A stretch of DNA of 32,000 bases, taken from NCBI GenBank assembly GCA_000175855.1, contig ACYB01000007.1, positions 60,127 to 92,126 on the forward strand, read 5' to 3'. The notes below the pieces were generated by a model. It saw only the letters and a list, made by a program, of their open reading frames with translations. It had not been told where the DNA came from and did not search any database. Source of the DNA: Raphidiopsis brookii D9. GTDB taxonomy: Bacteria; Cyanobacteriota; Cyanobacteriia; Cyanobacteriales; Nostocaceae. Both the position numbers and the translations under genes were made by a program. Positions 1-11,567 of the stretch are shown here, piece by piece. The first letter of the stretch is position 1, and the number at the start of each line of letters is the position of its first letter.

Positions 1-620
1 CTCCAATGGAGGACTGGTAGATTTCCTCAGCTGTTGACCAGGTAGATTGCCATTTGAGTATTTTCTCTTCCACAAACTGACGATCTTCCAAACTTTCTGG
101 AATTTTTTTGGTCAGTAGCTATTGCTTCCTCCAAATTTCCCGATTGGAAGCTCTTCTCCGCCAAATTTATAATGTCCCGTGACCACTCCTGCAATAGATC
201 ATTAATTTGCCCTCTTAGAGGATGATCCTGTGGTAAATCCTTCACTAAAGCTATAGCTTGTAATAAATCATTAACCGTCTGTTTGGAAGCAGCCAGGTTA
301 GCACAGTGGACGCGCATCGAAGCACTGGCTAAAGGCCAGAATATTCTAGGACAGTTAGGAGCGGAAGGTAGTTTAAGTAAGATAGCTACTGATATAATAC
401 CCATGGTGCTGGGAATAAACGCTAGCACCAAAAACCACCATATCCAGCTTTTCTTCCACATTCCTAATTCCCATATCTTATTGCGATCGCTATGCTGAAT
501 AGCGTTCCTACCGGATGATTGATTGACCTGGACTTCTGAATCTGGGGACAATCTTGGATTTTGCTCTGGTTTTGTGGTCTCAACCGGAGAAAAACCTCCT
601 GAAATATCCTGATCTGTCAT
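1..620 (-). CDS. Partial cyanobacterial conserved protein: one hydrophobic segment (WKKSWIWWFLVLAFIPSTMGIISVAILLKL) followed by repeat-like helical sequence (LEEAIATA..IPESLEDRQFVEEKI). It runs off the left edge and is interrupted by an apparent frameshift near 103-110.
   Basis: The minus-strand ORF 27..620 turns into low-quality sequence after EEAIATDQK. Removing one base in the T7 run (103-109) restores KIPESLEDRQFVEEKILKWQSTWSTAEEIYQSSIG, open to the window edge. Confidence 0.6.
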
Positions 621-832
621 CTCTCACACCACACTAAATTGATTAACAGTCCATTTTGACAAATTTATCCTATCAACTCCAGAAGGTAGTGCGGGTGCGG
701 TCCAGTGTATAGACTGACACCCACCCACTCCGCTCTTTAAAACTTATCTAAAAGTATATACATCAGGGAATATGCTTAACTTAATTTTAGTATTGTTTTA
801 ATTCTAGTGTTATTTTACCATGTTAGAATAAT

Positions 833-1735
833 TTAACTTTTAAAATTTTGTAAATCCACAATTAGTTGAGCTAGATTATCAGTGCTTGCTTGATAAACAC
901 TACCGCAAAAATCGCAGGTAGCTTCAGCTCCGTTGTCCTTGAGAATCATATCTTGTAATTCGGACTCTCCCAACATTTTCAACGCTCCTAGCACGCGCTC
1001 AAAGGAACAACCACAATGAAAGCGCAGAAGCTGACTTTCAGGAAAAATTGTCAGCTCCATATCCCCCAATAAATCCTCAAAAATGTCGGTTAAGCTTTTA
1101 CCCGCTTGTAATAATGGTGTAAATCCAGATAATGCTGACACTCTCGATTCCAGTCTTTCCACCAGAACTTCGTCTCTGGCAACTTTTGGCAGAACTTGAA
1201 TTAAAATTCCTCCAGCTGCAGTTACACCGCCCGAACCAACAAACACACCCAACACCAAAGCGGAAGGGGTTTGCTCGGAGTTGACTAGGTAATGGGTAAC
1301 ATCATCCCCAATCTCTCCGGACACTAGTTCTACCGTACTAGAATAGGGATAGCCATAACCAATATCTTTAACTACATACAAATACCCTTTGCCCACAGCA
1401 CCTCCCACGTCCAGTTTACCCTTAGTGTTGGGTAGTAGTTCTATGGATGGGTTGCCCACGTAACCCCTGACTGTTCCATCCAGTCCAGCATCTACTAATA
1501 TACCCCCTAATGGCCCATCTCCCTTTACTCGCAGGTTAATTCTTGAACCAGAGCGTTTCATCCCTGAAGCCATTAGCAAACCTGCTGACATAGTTCTTCC
1601 CAGAGCTGCTGTAGCTACATAGGAAAGTTTATGGCGCACTCTTGCCTCTTCGACTAACTTTGTGGTGATTACACCGACCGCTCGAATGCCACCGTTTGCC
1701 GCTGTGGCCCGCATTAGTTTGTCCGCCATAAACAC
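833..1735 (-). CDS. hslO: Hsp33 redox-regulated molecular chaperone
   Basis: 300 aa. C-terminal zinc centre CGC..CDFCG (FHCGCSFERVLGALKMLGESELQDM..CDFCGSVY); N-terminus MADKLMRATAANGGIRAVGV is typical of Hsp33. Confidence 0.95.
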   Translation of the reverse strand: MFMADKLMRATAANGGIRAVGVITTKLVEEARVRHKLSYVATAALGRTMSAGLLMASGMKRSGSRINLRVKGDGPLGGILVDAGLDGTVRGYVGNPSIELLPNTKGKLDVGGAVGKGYLYVVKDIGYGYPYSSTVELVSGEIGDDVTHYLVNSEQTPSALVLGVFVGSGGVTAAGGILIQVLPKVARDEVLVERLESRVSALSGFTPLLQAGKSLTDIFEDLLGDMELTIFPESQLLRFHCGCSFERVLGALKMLGESELQDMILKDNGAEATCDFCGSVYQASTDNLAQLIVDLQNFKS

Positions 1736-1905
1736 CTTTACTATTTACAAAAAACTGCTCAGGTAACCATTTGGGTTTAAACACTGGAGAAGATTCTTCC
1801 ATAATCATTATTTACTATATCATAGTTAATGCTGACTTCCATCTTAAAATTGGGGATTTAAACGGTTCATACCGTTCTTGCTAAAACTATAAAATAACAA
1901 CTATT

Positions 1906-2286
1906 ATGTTAGGAACCTTTCAACAAAGCCAATTGCGCATAGAAATAGAAGCATCCTCCCAGGCCATTCATGATAGTCTTGTCTTTCCTTCAAAATTACG
2001 TGAATGGCTGCCATTTGCAAGTCTTACCCCATCCATGCCAGAAAAATTGACCCCCGGTTTTGATTTCACTACTTCCATAGGATACGTAACCATATATCAT
2101 CATGTGGATGTTTTGAGGGTTAATTGTTTACGCTTACTTCTTAGTGGTGCTATTGATGGTTTTCATGAGTGGTACTGGGGAGAAGGTTGGCTACAGTCCC
2201 GATTGGAGGGTGTGTCAATGTTACCCTTGAATTTGGGTCAAACTCTTAGTTTGTTGAAACTACGTCATTTTTTGATCGCTCCCTAG
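1906..2286 (+). CDS. Conserved cyanobacterial hypothetical protein (possibly SRPBCC-like fold)
   Basis: Complete 126 aa ORF in an otherwise unoccupied slot. It ends exactly where the convergent usp gene ends (2286/2287). Family assignment is only an impression. Confidence 0.6.
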   Translation: MLGTFQQSQLRIEIEASSQAIHDSLVFPSKLREWLPFASLTPSMPEKLTPGFDFTTSIGYVTIYHHVDVLRVNCLRLLLSGAIDGFHEWYWGEGWLQSRLEGVSMLPLNLGQTLSLLKLRHFLIAP

Positions 2287-2712
2287 CTACCCTTGTGACT
2301 TAACTACCAATACGGAACAGTGCGCTTCTTCCATTACTTGTGTACTGACGGAGCGCAAAACGATTTTTTTCATGCCTGTTAACCCACGATTACCAATCAC
2401 CACTAGATCGGCTTTATAAATATTTGCTAGTCTGATTATTTCATCCGCAGGATCCCCTGATACTAATTCTAGTTGGCTTTTTACCGCCAATTTTTCTTGG
2501 TAGGTTTGCAATTGCTTTTCTACCTGAAAATAAGACAATTTGGGTGAGTTTGGATGAGGACGATCAGCTGGCAATTCCGTGGAGTCCGATGATGGAAATA
2601 CATGACAAAGAATCACCCGCGCATTCGGCGAAATCTTAAGATTATCTAAGGTCTCCATCACTCTTTCCCCAATTTCTGAATCATCTAAAGCCACTAAAAT
2701 AGTATTTAACAC
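2287..2712 (-). CDS. Universal stress protein, UspA family
   Basis: 141 aa. ILVALDDSEIGERVMETL at the start and the nucleotide-binding motif GNRGLTGMKKIVLRSVSTQVMEEAHCSVLVV (G2xG9xG-S type). Confidence 0.93.
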   Translation of the reverse strand: MLNTILVALDDSEIGERVMETLDNLKISPNARVILCHVFPSSDSTELPADRPHPNSPKLSYFQVEKQLQTYQEKLAVKSQLELVSGDPADEIIRLANIYKADLVVIGNRGLTGMKKIVLRSVSTQVMEEAHCSVLVVKSQG

Positions 2713-2864
2713 CTCTTTTACCTCCTCAATTCAAAATCACCCTAGTTTTTTCAGTTTACCCCGTTCCAACTCATTTCTGTCCAATCTTGAAAAAAGGAAT
2801 TCCCCCGCAGTTGTAATCTGGGGGAATATGTATAGAACTGAGAAATCCTATCTATACCTCACTT

Positions 2865-4163
2865 TTAGCCATCAGCATCAAATCTTATACGCACTGAATC
2901 CGCATGAGAAGGTAAACCCTCCGCCATGGCTAAGGTGCTAATGGCATTGGCTACTTTGCTAAGTGCACTTCGGGAGTATTGTATAATACTTGAGTGTTTG
3001 AGGAACGTTTCTACACCCAAAGCGGAAGCATAACGAGCAGCACCGGATGTAGGTAGGGTGTGATTAGGACCAGCTAAATAGTCACCTACCGCCTCTGGTG
3101 TAGAATCGCCTAAGAAAATCGCCCCCGCATGACGGATATGCTCGATTAATGACCAAGGGTCTTTTACTTCCAATTCCAAATGTTCCGGGGCAAATATATT
3201 AGAAAATTCCGCCGCTGCTTCCAAGGATTCCACAATTACGACTAGTCCATAATGGGCGATCGCCTTTTCTGTGTCTATCCTTCTGGGATGATCTACTAAT
3301 TGTCTATCTACCTCTAACTGAACCTTTTTGGCTAAACCAGTGTCCGTAGTCAATAAAATTGCCGCTGCCATGGGATCATGTTCCGCTTGGGCTAACATAT
3401 CTGCCGCCAGATGTTTGGGATTAGCACTTTCATCGGCAATAATTAACACCTCACTCGGCCCAGCTAAGGAGTCAATACCCACAGTCCCATATACTAGTTT
3501 TTTGGCTAGGGTGACATAAATATTACCAGGACCTGTAATTACATCTACCTTGGGAATGGTTTCTGTACCGTATGCCAGGGCTGCGATCGCCTGGGATCCC
3601 CCAACGCGATAAATTTCGCCTACCCCAGCTTCTTGAGCAGCTACCAACACCGCCGGATTAATTACTTTATCACGACCCGGTGGCGTGACCATGACTATCC
3701 GAGGTACACCTGCTACTTTAGCTGGTATGGCATTCATTAGTACTGTACTAGGATAGCAGGCCCTACCACCGGGAATATATAGACCCGCCCTATCTACGGG
3801 TGTGTAGCGTTTACCTAAAACTACTTCATCTTCCCCAAAGTGCACCCAGGTTCTTGGTACTCTCTGACGATGAAAAGCTTCTATTCGTTCACAGGCCAGC
3901 CTAATTGACGCCAACAAATCCTTCGATATTTGTTGGTAAGCCACGTCCATCTCAGAACCTTTTACCCTCATCCCCGGTTCCAAGGTTTGGTGATCAAACT
4001 CGGCTGTGTACTGGAGTACGGCTTTGTCGCCCTGGTTTTTTACAGACAGCAAAACCTCTCGTACAGTTGCTTCTTTATTAAACACCTGTTCGTCATGGGT
4101 ACGTTCGCAGATGCGTTGTAGTTCGGATACAACATCTGCCTGCTGAGTGATAATTCGCAGCAT
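2865..4163 (-). CDS. hisD: Histidinol dehydrogenase
   Basis: 432 aa. Contains GLYIPGGRACYPSTVLMNAIPAKVAGV, DVITGPGNIYVTLAKKLVYG..GIDSLAGPSE and HLELEVKDP. Confidence 0.97.
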   Translation of the reverse strand: MLRIITQQADVVSELQRICERTHDEQVFNKEATVREVLLSVKNQGDKAVLQYTAEFDHQTLEPGMRVKGSEMDVAYQQISKDLLASIRLACERIEAFHRQRVPRTWVHFGEDEVVLGKRYTPVDRAGLYIPGGRACYPSTVLMNAIPAKVAGVPRIVMVTPPGRDKVINPAVLVAAQEAGVGEIYRVGGSQAIAALAYGTETIPKVDVITGPGNIYVTLAKKLVYGTVGIDSLAGPSEVLIIADESANPKHLAADMLAQAEHDPMAAAILLTTDTGLAKKVQLEVDRQLVDHPRRIDTEKAIAHYGLVVIVESLEAAAEFSNIFAPEHLELEVKDPWSLIEHIRHAGAIFLGDSTPEAVGDYLAGPNHTLPTSGAARYASALGVETFLKHSSIIQYSRSALSKVANAISTLAMAEGLPSHADSVRIRFDADG

Positions 4164-4671
4164 GGAGTAGTAAGGACAGTGCCAAAATTAGAATTTTTTC
4201 CCTTTTGATCATTAGTTTGGCTTTTTAGCCTTTCGGATAAACAGCTGCCACTAATTTTCTTCTCTAGCTTAACCTGCTTTTTTTTGTATACCACCATTAT
4301 TTCGACCTATCATTTATCGCTGTAAAAGCTCTAAAAACAGTTTGATAATCTTATACTCCCTAACCAGTCCTTGATATACTGGAGCAGTCTGGGGATCAGG
4401 TGGTATTAATCGTGAGTTTTTTATTGTTAGGGCCTATTATAACCTATTTTAAAAATCCCTGACCCCCATGCTATTGCCAATTTCTCCTGAACTGGAAATT
4501 TTTCTATCTTTAAATCAACTCTTTACAAAACTTTACAAAACTTTTGTTAAAAGTTGTAAAATTTTTCCTAAAATTTTTCTGTGGAATTGCAGCACTTGCA
4601 AATTTCGTGCTATCCTAGTATTTCTAGTAGTGTGTGTACATATTAATTGATAGTTTTTTTGGGAACTGACC

Positions 4672-4965
4672 GTGGCAAACACAAAATCAGCACTTAAACG
4701 CGCCCAAATCGCGGAGCGTAACCAACTGCACAACAAAGCATATAAATCAGCAGTAAAGACGCTAATGAAGAAATACTTTGCTGCAGTGGAAGCCTATGCT
4801 TCCAATCCTACGAGCGAGTCCAAACAGTTGGTCGATGAGAGGATGTCACAAGCCTACAGCAAAATTGACAAAGCTGTTAAAAGGGGAGTGTTGCATCCAA
4901 ACAGTGGGGCTAGAAAAAAATCTAGATTGGCGCGGAAGCTCAAACCATTGACCCAACCGGTTTAG
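4672..4965 (+). CDS. rpsT: 30S ribosomal protein S20 (GTG start)
   Basis: 97 aa. [34 protein letters not shown] and [30 protein letters not shown]. Confidence 0.97.
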   Translation: MANTKSALKRAQIAERNQLHNKAYKSAVKTLMKKYFAAVEAYASNPTSESKQLVDERMSQAYSKIDKAVKRGVLHPNSGARKKSRLARKLKPLTQPV

Positions 4966-4981
4966 GAGCCAGATATAGTTA

Positions 4982-5010
4982 CTAATTTGTAATTCGTAAT
5001 TCGTAATAGG
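4982..5010. repeat. Short tandemly repeated heptamer tract (GTAATTC x2 plus a degenerate copy)
   Basis: tttgtaattcgtaattcgtaatagg read directly, downstream of rpsT. Confidence 0.6.
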
Positions 5011-5141
5011 AAAAAGCTAAGATAAGTCGTTAAATCAAAAAAACCGGTTGATTTTGGTTTAATGAGTACTTGAACCTGGTTATGGATTATGGATTAGCAA
5101 ATTATGGCAAATCACGAGTTGTTGTCACTGATAACCGAAAA

Positions 5142-6008
5142 ATGCAATTAATAGATAGCCACGTACATCTGAACTTTGAAACTTTTAAGCCAGATTTAGA
5201 AGCAGTGAGATACCGTTGGCAAGAAGCAGGGGTAGCGCACCTGGTGCATTCCTGTGTTCATCCAGGGGAATTTGCCAGCATTTGGTCTATAGCTAAGCAA
5301 TTCCCGGAGGTGAGCTTTGCCATTGGGTTACATCCTTTGGACGCTGATAGATGGGAAGAACACACGGGGGCTGAAATAAGAAATTCAGCTTACTTATCTA
5401 ACCAATCAAATGCGCCTATTGTAGCAATTGGGGAAATGGGACTAGATTTTTACAAAGCCAGCAACCGTGAGCAACAACATAAGGTATTTGAAGCCCAACT
5501 GGCGATCGCCACGGAATTAGATTTACCGGTAATAGTCCATTGTCGGGAAGCTGCTGTAGAAGCGAGAGAGGTGCTAGAAAAATGGCGAGAAAGGGAAGGA
5601 GAGAGGGTGCGGGGTGTAATGCATTGTTGGGGAGGAACACCGGAGGAAACCCAATGGTTTTTAGATTTGGGTTTTTATATTAGCTTTAGTGGTACAGTTA
5701 CCTTTAAGAATGCGAAAGCTATACAATCCTCAGCAGCGATGGTAAGTAAAGAGAGGATTTTGATTGAAACTGACTGTCCATTTTTATCACCCACACCCAA
5801 GAGAGGAGAGAAGCGTAACGAGCCAGCGTATGTAAGCTATGTAGCAGCGCAGTTAGCAAAAATACGAGGAGAACCCGTAGAATCCATAGCTGACCAAACG
5901 ACTGCCAATGCTTGTAGACTGTTTGGGATTAGACTGGAGGAAGGAGAAAACTCCGGGAGAAAAATTCGGCCAAATCCTGATATCGAGAATAACCTGGCGG
6001 ATCCTTGA
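5142..6008 (+). CDS. TatD-family metal-dependent hydrolase/DNase. The start is placed at the internal Met; the ORF is open from 5070.
   Basis: [39 protein letters not shown] and [12 protein letters not shown] are canonical TatD motifs. Confidence 0.93.
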   Translation: MQLIDSHVHLNFETFKPDLEAVRYRWQEAGVAHLVHSCVHPGEFASIWSIAKQFPEVSFAIGLHPLDADRWEEHTGAEIRNSAYLSNQSNAPIVAIGEMGLDFYKASNREQQHKVFEAQLAIATELDLPVIVHCREAAVEAREVLEKWREREGERVRGVMHCWGGTPEETQWFLDLGFYISFSGTVTFKNAKAIQSSAAMVSKERILIETDCPFLSPTPKRGEKRNEPAYVSYVAAQLAKIRGEPVESIADQTTANACRLFGIRLEEGENSGRKIRPNPDIENNLADP

Positions 6009-6238
6009 TTTTTGGTGTCTCACAGCGAGTGTAGATGAGGTCTGGATAAGTATATGAACAGAGAATTAATGAGCAAAATGTACGTAATGAGTAGACAAAT
6101 CACCCACCACTCGTCAACAGTTAGCAGGAGCAAGGTTTCCACGTTTATCTAATTTTATTTTTTTATTGGGTTTTCTTATTGGGTTTATTCTCCCACCGTT
6201 CTCAAAACAAGTTTAACCAGGTTGACAAAGGTAGAGGC

Positions 6239-9200
6239 ATGAACAACGAAAATTATATGGAACCATCCTTTCTATTACCAGATCTAATTGAGATTCAGCG
6301 TTCTAGCTTTCGCTGGTTTTTAGAAGAGGGTTTAATAGAAGAGCTGAACTCATTTAGTCCTATTACGGACTATACAGGAAAATTAGAACTCCATTTTTTA
6401 GGACATAACTATAAGCTAAAAGAGCCGAAATATAGCGTAGAAGAGTCTAAAAGAAGAGATAGCACATACGGTGTACAAATGTATGTGCCCACAAGGCTTC
6501 TTAATAAAGAAACAGGTGATATTAAAGAACAGGAAGTATTTATAGGTGATCTACCCTTAATGACGGATAGAGGAACCTTTATTATTAACGGAGCCGAGCG
6601 AGTAATAGTCAACCAAATCGTGCGATCGCCGGGCGTATATTACAAATCAGAGATTGATAAAAATGGGAGAAGAACATATTCTGCCAGTCTAATTCCCAAC
6701 CGGGGGGCATGGCTAAAATTTGAGACAGACCGTAATGATTTAGTGTGGGTAAGAATAGATAAGACCCGGAAATTGTCAATCCAGGTACTACTTAAAGCAT
6801 TAGGACTGTCAGATAATGAAATTTTAGATGCTTTAAGGCATCCAGAATACTTTCAAAAGACCATTGAAAAAGAGGGACAATTCTCGGAAGAGGAGGCCCT
6901 TCTGGAGCTGTATAGAAAGCTGAGACCCGGGGAACCACCCACGGTGATGGGGGGACAACAGCTATTAGAATCGCGCTTTTTCGATCCCAAACGTTACGAC
7001 CTAGGTAGGGTAGGTAGATATAAACTTAACAAGAAACTACGCCTTTCCGTTCCTGACACCACTAGGGTTCTCACCCCAGGGGATATTCTATCCGCTGTGG
7101 ACTATCTCATCAACCTAGAATACGACATTGGTAGTATTGATGACATTGACCATCTCGGAAATCGCCGAGTTAGAAGCGTTGGTGAATTGCTTCAGAACCA
7201 AGTAAGAGTCGGTTTAAATCGTTTAGAGAGGATCATTAGAGAAAGAATGACCGTCTCCGATGCCGAAGTGTTAACACCAGCATCACTAGTCAACCCCAAA
7301 CCCTTAGTAGCAGCCATAAAAGAGTTTTTTGGTTCTAGTCAGCTAAGTCAATTCATGGATCAGACCAACCCCTTAGCGGAACTAACCCATAAACGACGCT
7401 TGAGTGCTTTAGGTCCTGGTGGACTAACCAGAGAGAGAGCTGGTTTTGCCGTGCGAGACATTCATCCCAGCCACTACGGACGCATTTGCCCTATTGAAAC
7501 GCCGGAAGGTCCAAATGCGGGGTTAATTGGTTCCCTAGCTACCCATGCTCGTGTTAACCAGTATGGATTTTTAGAAACACCTTTCAGACCCGTAGAAAAC
7601 GGAAGAGTTTGCTACGAAAAACCAGCTGTTTACATGACAGCAGATGAGGAAGATGATCTGCGGGTTGCACCTGGTGACATTCCCGTAGATGACAACGGAC
7701 AAATACTAGGAATCCAAGTACCCGTTCGTTATCGCCAAGAATTTTCCACCACTACTCCCGAACAGGTAGACTATGTAGCTGTGTCACCAGTACAAATTGT
7801 CTCAGTAGCCACCAGCATGATTCCCTTTTTGGAGCATGATGATGCCAACCGAGCCTTAATGGGTTCTAACATGCAAAGGCAAGCAGTACCCTTATTGAAA
7901 CCCGAGCGTCCCCTAGTGGGAACTGGACTGGAGGCCCAAGGTGCCAGAGACTCAGGTATGGTAATTGTTTCCCGTACTGATGGAGATGTGGTATATGTAG
8001 ATGCGACCGAGATTCGTGTTCGAGTGAAAGAAAAAGCCGCTCTTACCAACCGTGAAAGCGAAACTATTCCCCATAAACCCCAGGAAGTTAAATACGTTCT
8101 CTCCAAATATCAACGTTCTAACCAGGACACCTGTCTCAATCAAAAACCCCTAGTGCGGATTGGGGAAAAAGTCATAGCAGGTCAGGTATTAGCAGATGGT
8201 TCATCCACAGAAGGGGGAGAATTAGCATTAGGGCAAAATGTTATTGTTGCCTATATGCCCTGGGAAGGGTATAACTACGAAGATGCAATTTTAATTTCCG
8301 AGAGGCTGGTACAAGAGGACGTTTACACATCAATACATATTGAAAAATTTGAAATAGAAGCAAGACAAACCAAACTAGGACCTGAAGAGATTACCAGAGA
8401 AATACCCAACGTTGGGGAAGACGCCCTCAGACAATTAGATGAACAGGGGATAATCAGAGTAGGGGCCTGGGTAGAATCAGGAGACATTCTAGTGGGGAAA
8501 GTGACCCCTAAAGGAGAATCAGATCAACCACCGGAAGAAAAACTACTTAGAGCGATTTTCGGGGAGAAAGCTCGCGACGTGAGGGACAACTCCCTGCGGG
8601 TTCCCAATGGTGAAAAAGGAAGAGTAGTGGATGTGCGACTATTTACTAGAGAGCAGGGGGATGAACTTCCACCGGGAGCCAATATGGTAGTGCGGGTGTA
8701 TGTAGCCCAGAAACGTAAAATCCAGGTTGGTGACAAAATGGCTGGGAGACATGGAAATAAAGGCATCATTTCTCGAATTTTGCCCTTAGAAGACATGCCA
8801 TACCTTCCCGACGGCACCCCAGTAGATATAGTCCTTAACCCCCTAGGTGTACCTAGTCGAATGAACGTAGGACAGGTGTTTGAATGCCTATTGGGTTGGG
8901 CGGGTCACAACCTGGGAGTACGCTTTAAAATCACCCCCTTTGATGAAATGTACGGAGAAGAATCTTCCCGACGTATAGTTCACGGCAAATTATGGGAAGC
9001 TAGGGAAGAAACCAGTAGGGATTGGGTATATAATCCCGAAAACCCCGGCAAAATAATGGTTTATGATGGACGCACGGGCGAGCCCTTTGATCGTGCAGTC
9101 ACCGTGGGGATAGCCTATATGCTCAAACTTGTCCACTTAGTTGATGATAAAATTCATGCTCGCTCCACAGGTCCTTATTCCTTAGTCACCCAGCAACCCT

Positions 9201-9580
9201 TGGGTGGTAAAGCACAACAGGGAGGTCAAAGATTTGGAGAGATGGAAGTGTGGGCCCTAGAGGCATTTGGTGCTGCTTATACATTACAGGAACTGCTAAC
9301 TGTGAAATCAGATGATATGCAGGGACGTAATGAAGCATTGAATGCCATTGTTAAAGGAAAAGCTATTCCTCGTCCTGGCACTCCTGAGTCCTTCAAAGTG
9401 TTAATGAGAGAATTACAATCTTTAGGATTGGATATTGCGGTACATAAAGTAGAAACCCAAACAGATGGTAGTTCTCTAGATGTAGAAGTTGACTTGATGG
9501 CCGATCAAGTATCTCGTCGCACTCCTCCCCGTCCAACATACGAATCCTTTTCTCGTGATTCCCTGGATGAGGACGAGTAA
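6239..9580 (+). CDS. rpoB: DNA-directed RNA polymerase subunit beta. The ORF is open from 6179; the start at [20 protein letters not shown] is plausible.
   Basis: About 1113-1133 aa. Hallmark stretches [63 protein letters not shown] and [13 protein letters not shown]. Confidence 0.97.
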   Translation: MNNENYMEPSFLLPDLIEIQRSSFRWFLEEGLIEELNSFSPITDYTGKLELHFLGHNYKLKEPKYSVEESKRRDSTYGVQMYVPTRLLNKETGDIKEQEVFIGDLPLMTDRGTFIINGAERVIVNQIVRSPGVYYKSEIDKNGRRTYSASLIPNRGAWLKFETDRNDLVWVRIDKTRKLSIQVLLKALGLSDNEILDALRHPEYFQKTIEKEGQFSEEEALLELYRKLRPGEPPTVMGGQQLLESRFFDPKRYDLGRVGRYKLNKKLRLSVPDTTRVLTPGDILSAVDYLINLEYDIGSIDDIDHLGNRRVRSVGELLQNQVRVGLNRLERIIRERMTVSDAEVLTPASLVNPKPLVAAIKEFFGSSQLSQFMDQTNPLAELTHKRRLSALGPGGLTRERAGFAVRDIHPSHYGRICPIETPEGPNAGLIGSLATHARVNQYGFLETPFRPVENGRVCYEKPAVYMTADEEDDLRVAPGDIPVDDNGQILGIQVPVRYRQEFSTTTPEQVDYVAVSPVQIVSVATSMIPFLEHDDANRALMGSNMQRQAVPLLKPERPLVGTGLEAQGARDSGMVIVSRTDGDVVYVDATEIRVRVKEKAALTNRESETIPHKPQEVKYVLSKYQRSNQDTCLNQKPLVRIGEKVIAGQVLADGSSTEGGELALGQNVIVAYMPWEGYNYEDAILISERLVQEDVYTSIHIEKFEIEARQTKLGPEEITREIPNVGEDALRQLDEQGIIRVGAWVESGDILVGKVTPKGESDQPPEEKLLRAIFGEKARDVRDNSLRVPNGEKGRVVDVRLFTREQGDELPPGANMVVRVYVAQKRKIQVGDKMAGRHGNKGIISRILPLEDMPYLPDGTPVDIVLNPLGVPSRMNVGQVFECLLGWAGHNLGVRFKITPFDEMYGEESSRRIVHGKLWEAREETSRDWVYNPENPGKIMVYDGRTGEPFDRAVTVGIAYMLKLVHLVDDKIHARSTGPYSLVTQQPLGGKAQQGGQRFGEMEVWALEAFGAAYTLQELLTVKSDDMQGRNEALNAIVKGKAIPRPGTPESFKVLMRELQSLGLDIAVHKVETQTDGSSLDVEVDLMADQVSRRTPPRPTYESFSRDSLDEDE

Positions 9581-9600
9581 TTAATCTAATCACTAAAATC

Positions 9601-9640
9601 ACAAGCTTAGAACAACTTAGAACAATCTAGAACTAAATTT
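9601..9640. repeat. Four degenerate 10-bp repeats (acaagcttag/aacaacttag/aacaatctag/aactaaattt) between rpoB and rpoC1
   Basis: Decamer periodicity read directly. The segment lies just upstream of the inferred rpoC1 ATG at 9649. Confidence 0.6.
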
Positions 9641-9648
9641 ACTGAACT

Positions 9649-11525
9649 ATGCGCTCCGTCCAATCTAATCAATTTGATTACGTCAAAATTGGCATTGCTT
9701 CACCAGAACGTATCCGCGCTTGGGGGAACGTACCTTACCTAATGGTCAGGTGGTTGGTGAGGTGACAAAACCTGAAACCATTAACTACCGCACCCTCAAG
9801 CCAGAAATGGATGGTTTGTTTTGCGAGCGGATCTTTGGCCCTGCTAAAGACTGGGAATGTCATTGTGGTAAATATAAACGGGTTCGTCATAGAGGTATTG
9901 TCTGTGAGCGCTGTGGGGTAGAGGTAACGGAATCACGAGTTCGCCGCCATAGAATGGGTTTCATTAAGTTAGCAGCACCCGTAGCCCATGTTTGGTATCT
10001 CAAAGGCATCCCTAGTTATATTGCTATACTATTAGACATGCCTCTACGAGATGTTGAGCAAATCGTCTACTTTAACTCCTATGTAGTTTTAGCTCCTGGT
10101 AATGCTGACACACTGGTTTACAAGCAATTATTAACAGAAGACCAATGGTTAGAAGTTGAAGACAGGATTTATAGTGAAGATTCTCAACTAGTAGGCGTAG
10201 AAGTAGGAATTGGTGCTGAAGCTTTACTACGTTTATTGTCAGATATTAATTTAGAAGAAGAGGCGGAAAAACTACGGGGGGAAATTGAATCGGCAAAGGG
10301 ACAAAAACGGGCCAAATTGATTAAACGTCTGCGGGTAATTGACAATTTCATTGCCACTGGTTCCAAACCGGAATGGATGGTGATGTCAGCTATTCCAGTC
10401 ATTCCACCCGATCTCCGTCCCATGGTCCAACTGGATGGTGGTAGATTTGCTACTAGCGATTTAAACGACCTCTATCGTCGGGTAATCAATCGCAATAATC
10501 GTTTAGCTAGGCTACAGGAAATCCTGGCACCGGAAATCATTGTCCGCAATGAAAAACGTATGTTACAGGAAGCGGTAGATGCTTTAATTGACAATGGTCG
10601 GAGAGGACGCACCGTAGTGGGAGCCAATAACCGTCCATTAAAGTCCTTATCAGATATTATAGAAGGTAAACAGGGACGATTTCGGCAAAACCTCCTGGGT
10701 AAAAGAGTTGACTACTCAGGACGTTCGGTTATTGTAGTTGGTCCCAAGTTGCAAATTCATCAGTGTGGACTCCCCAGGGAAATGGCCATAGAACTGTTTC
10801 AGCCGTTTGTGATTAATCGTTTAATTCGATCGGGAATAGTTAACAATATTAAAGCAGCCAAAAAGCTCATTTCTCGTAACGATCCTACTGTTTGGGATGT
10901 TTTGGAAGAAGTAATAGAAGGACATCCGGTTATGCTAAACCGTGCACCTACACTTCATAGATTAGGAATTCAGTCTTTCGAGCCCATATTAGTAGAGGGA
11001 AGAGCGATACAGTTACATCCTCTTGTTTGTCCAGCATTCAATGCTGACTTTGATGGAGATCAGATGGCTGTTCACGTTCCTTTGTCCTTAGAAAGCCAAG
11101 CGGAAGCAAGACTGTTAATGTTAGCATCTAACAACATTCTTTCGCCTGCTACGGGTAAACCCATTGTCACACCCAGCCAAGACATGGTTTTGGGAGCCTA
11201 TTACCTCACTGCTGAAAATCCTAATGCTAGCAAGGGAGCAGGCAAATACTTTGCCTCCCTAGACGATGTAATTATGGCATATCAACAAGATCAAGTGGAA
11301 CTACATGCCTATATTTATGTTCGATTCGATGGCGATGTGCAAACAGGACAACCGGATAACGAACCCTTGGAAGTTACAGAAAACGAAGATGGTAGCCGTA
11401 CTCTCTTGTATAAATTTCGTCGAATACGAGAAGATGCCCAAGGGAATTTAATTTCCCAATATATTTACACCACTCCTGGCAGAGTGATTTATAACAAAGC
11501 AATTCAAGATGCTTTAGCCACCTAA
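9649..11525 (+). CDS. rpoC1: DNA-directed RNA polymerase subunit gamma (cyanobacterial RpoC1), apparent 1-nt deletion in the G5 run at 9722-9726
   Basis: The ORF track starts at a TTG at 9720. Upstream in another frame, ATG at 9649 gives [26 protein letters not shown], which joins to [39 protein letters not shown] if one G is added. Also [17 protein letters not shown]-type catalytic motif ([19 protein letters not shown]). The corrected length is 625 aa. Confidence 0.95.
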
Positions 11526-11567
11526 TTACCCGTCCCGTTTGTCCTATTCTCCATTTCTTAACCCACC

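Noticed and set aside
27-110. C-terminus of ORF 27..620 (DQKNSRKFGRSSVCGRENTQMAIYLVNS)
   Set aside because: Out-of-frame read-through after an apparent homopolymer error; the +1/-1 corrected frame gives conserved-looking sequence instead.
7771-8817. Antisense ORFs (7771..8106, 7952..8143, 8524..8817) over rpoB
   Set aside because: Shadow ORFs opposite a highly conserved gene, with low-complexity Ser/Thr/Pro composition.
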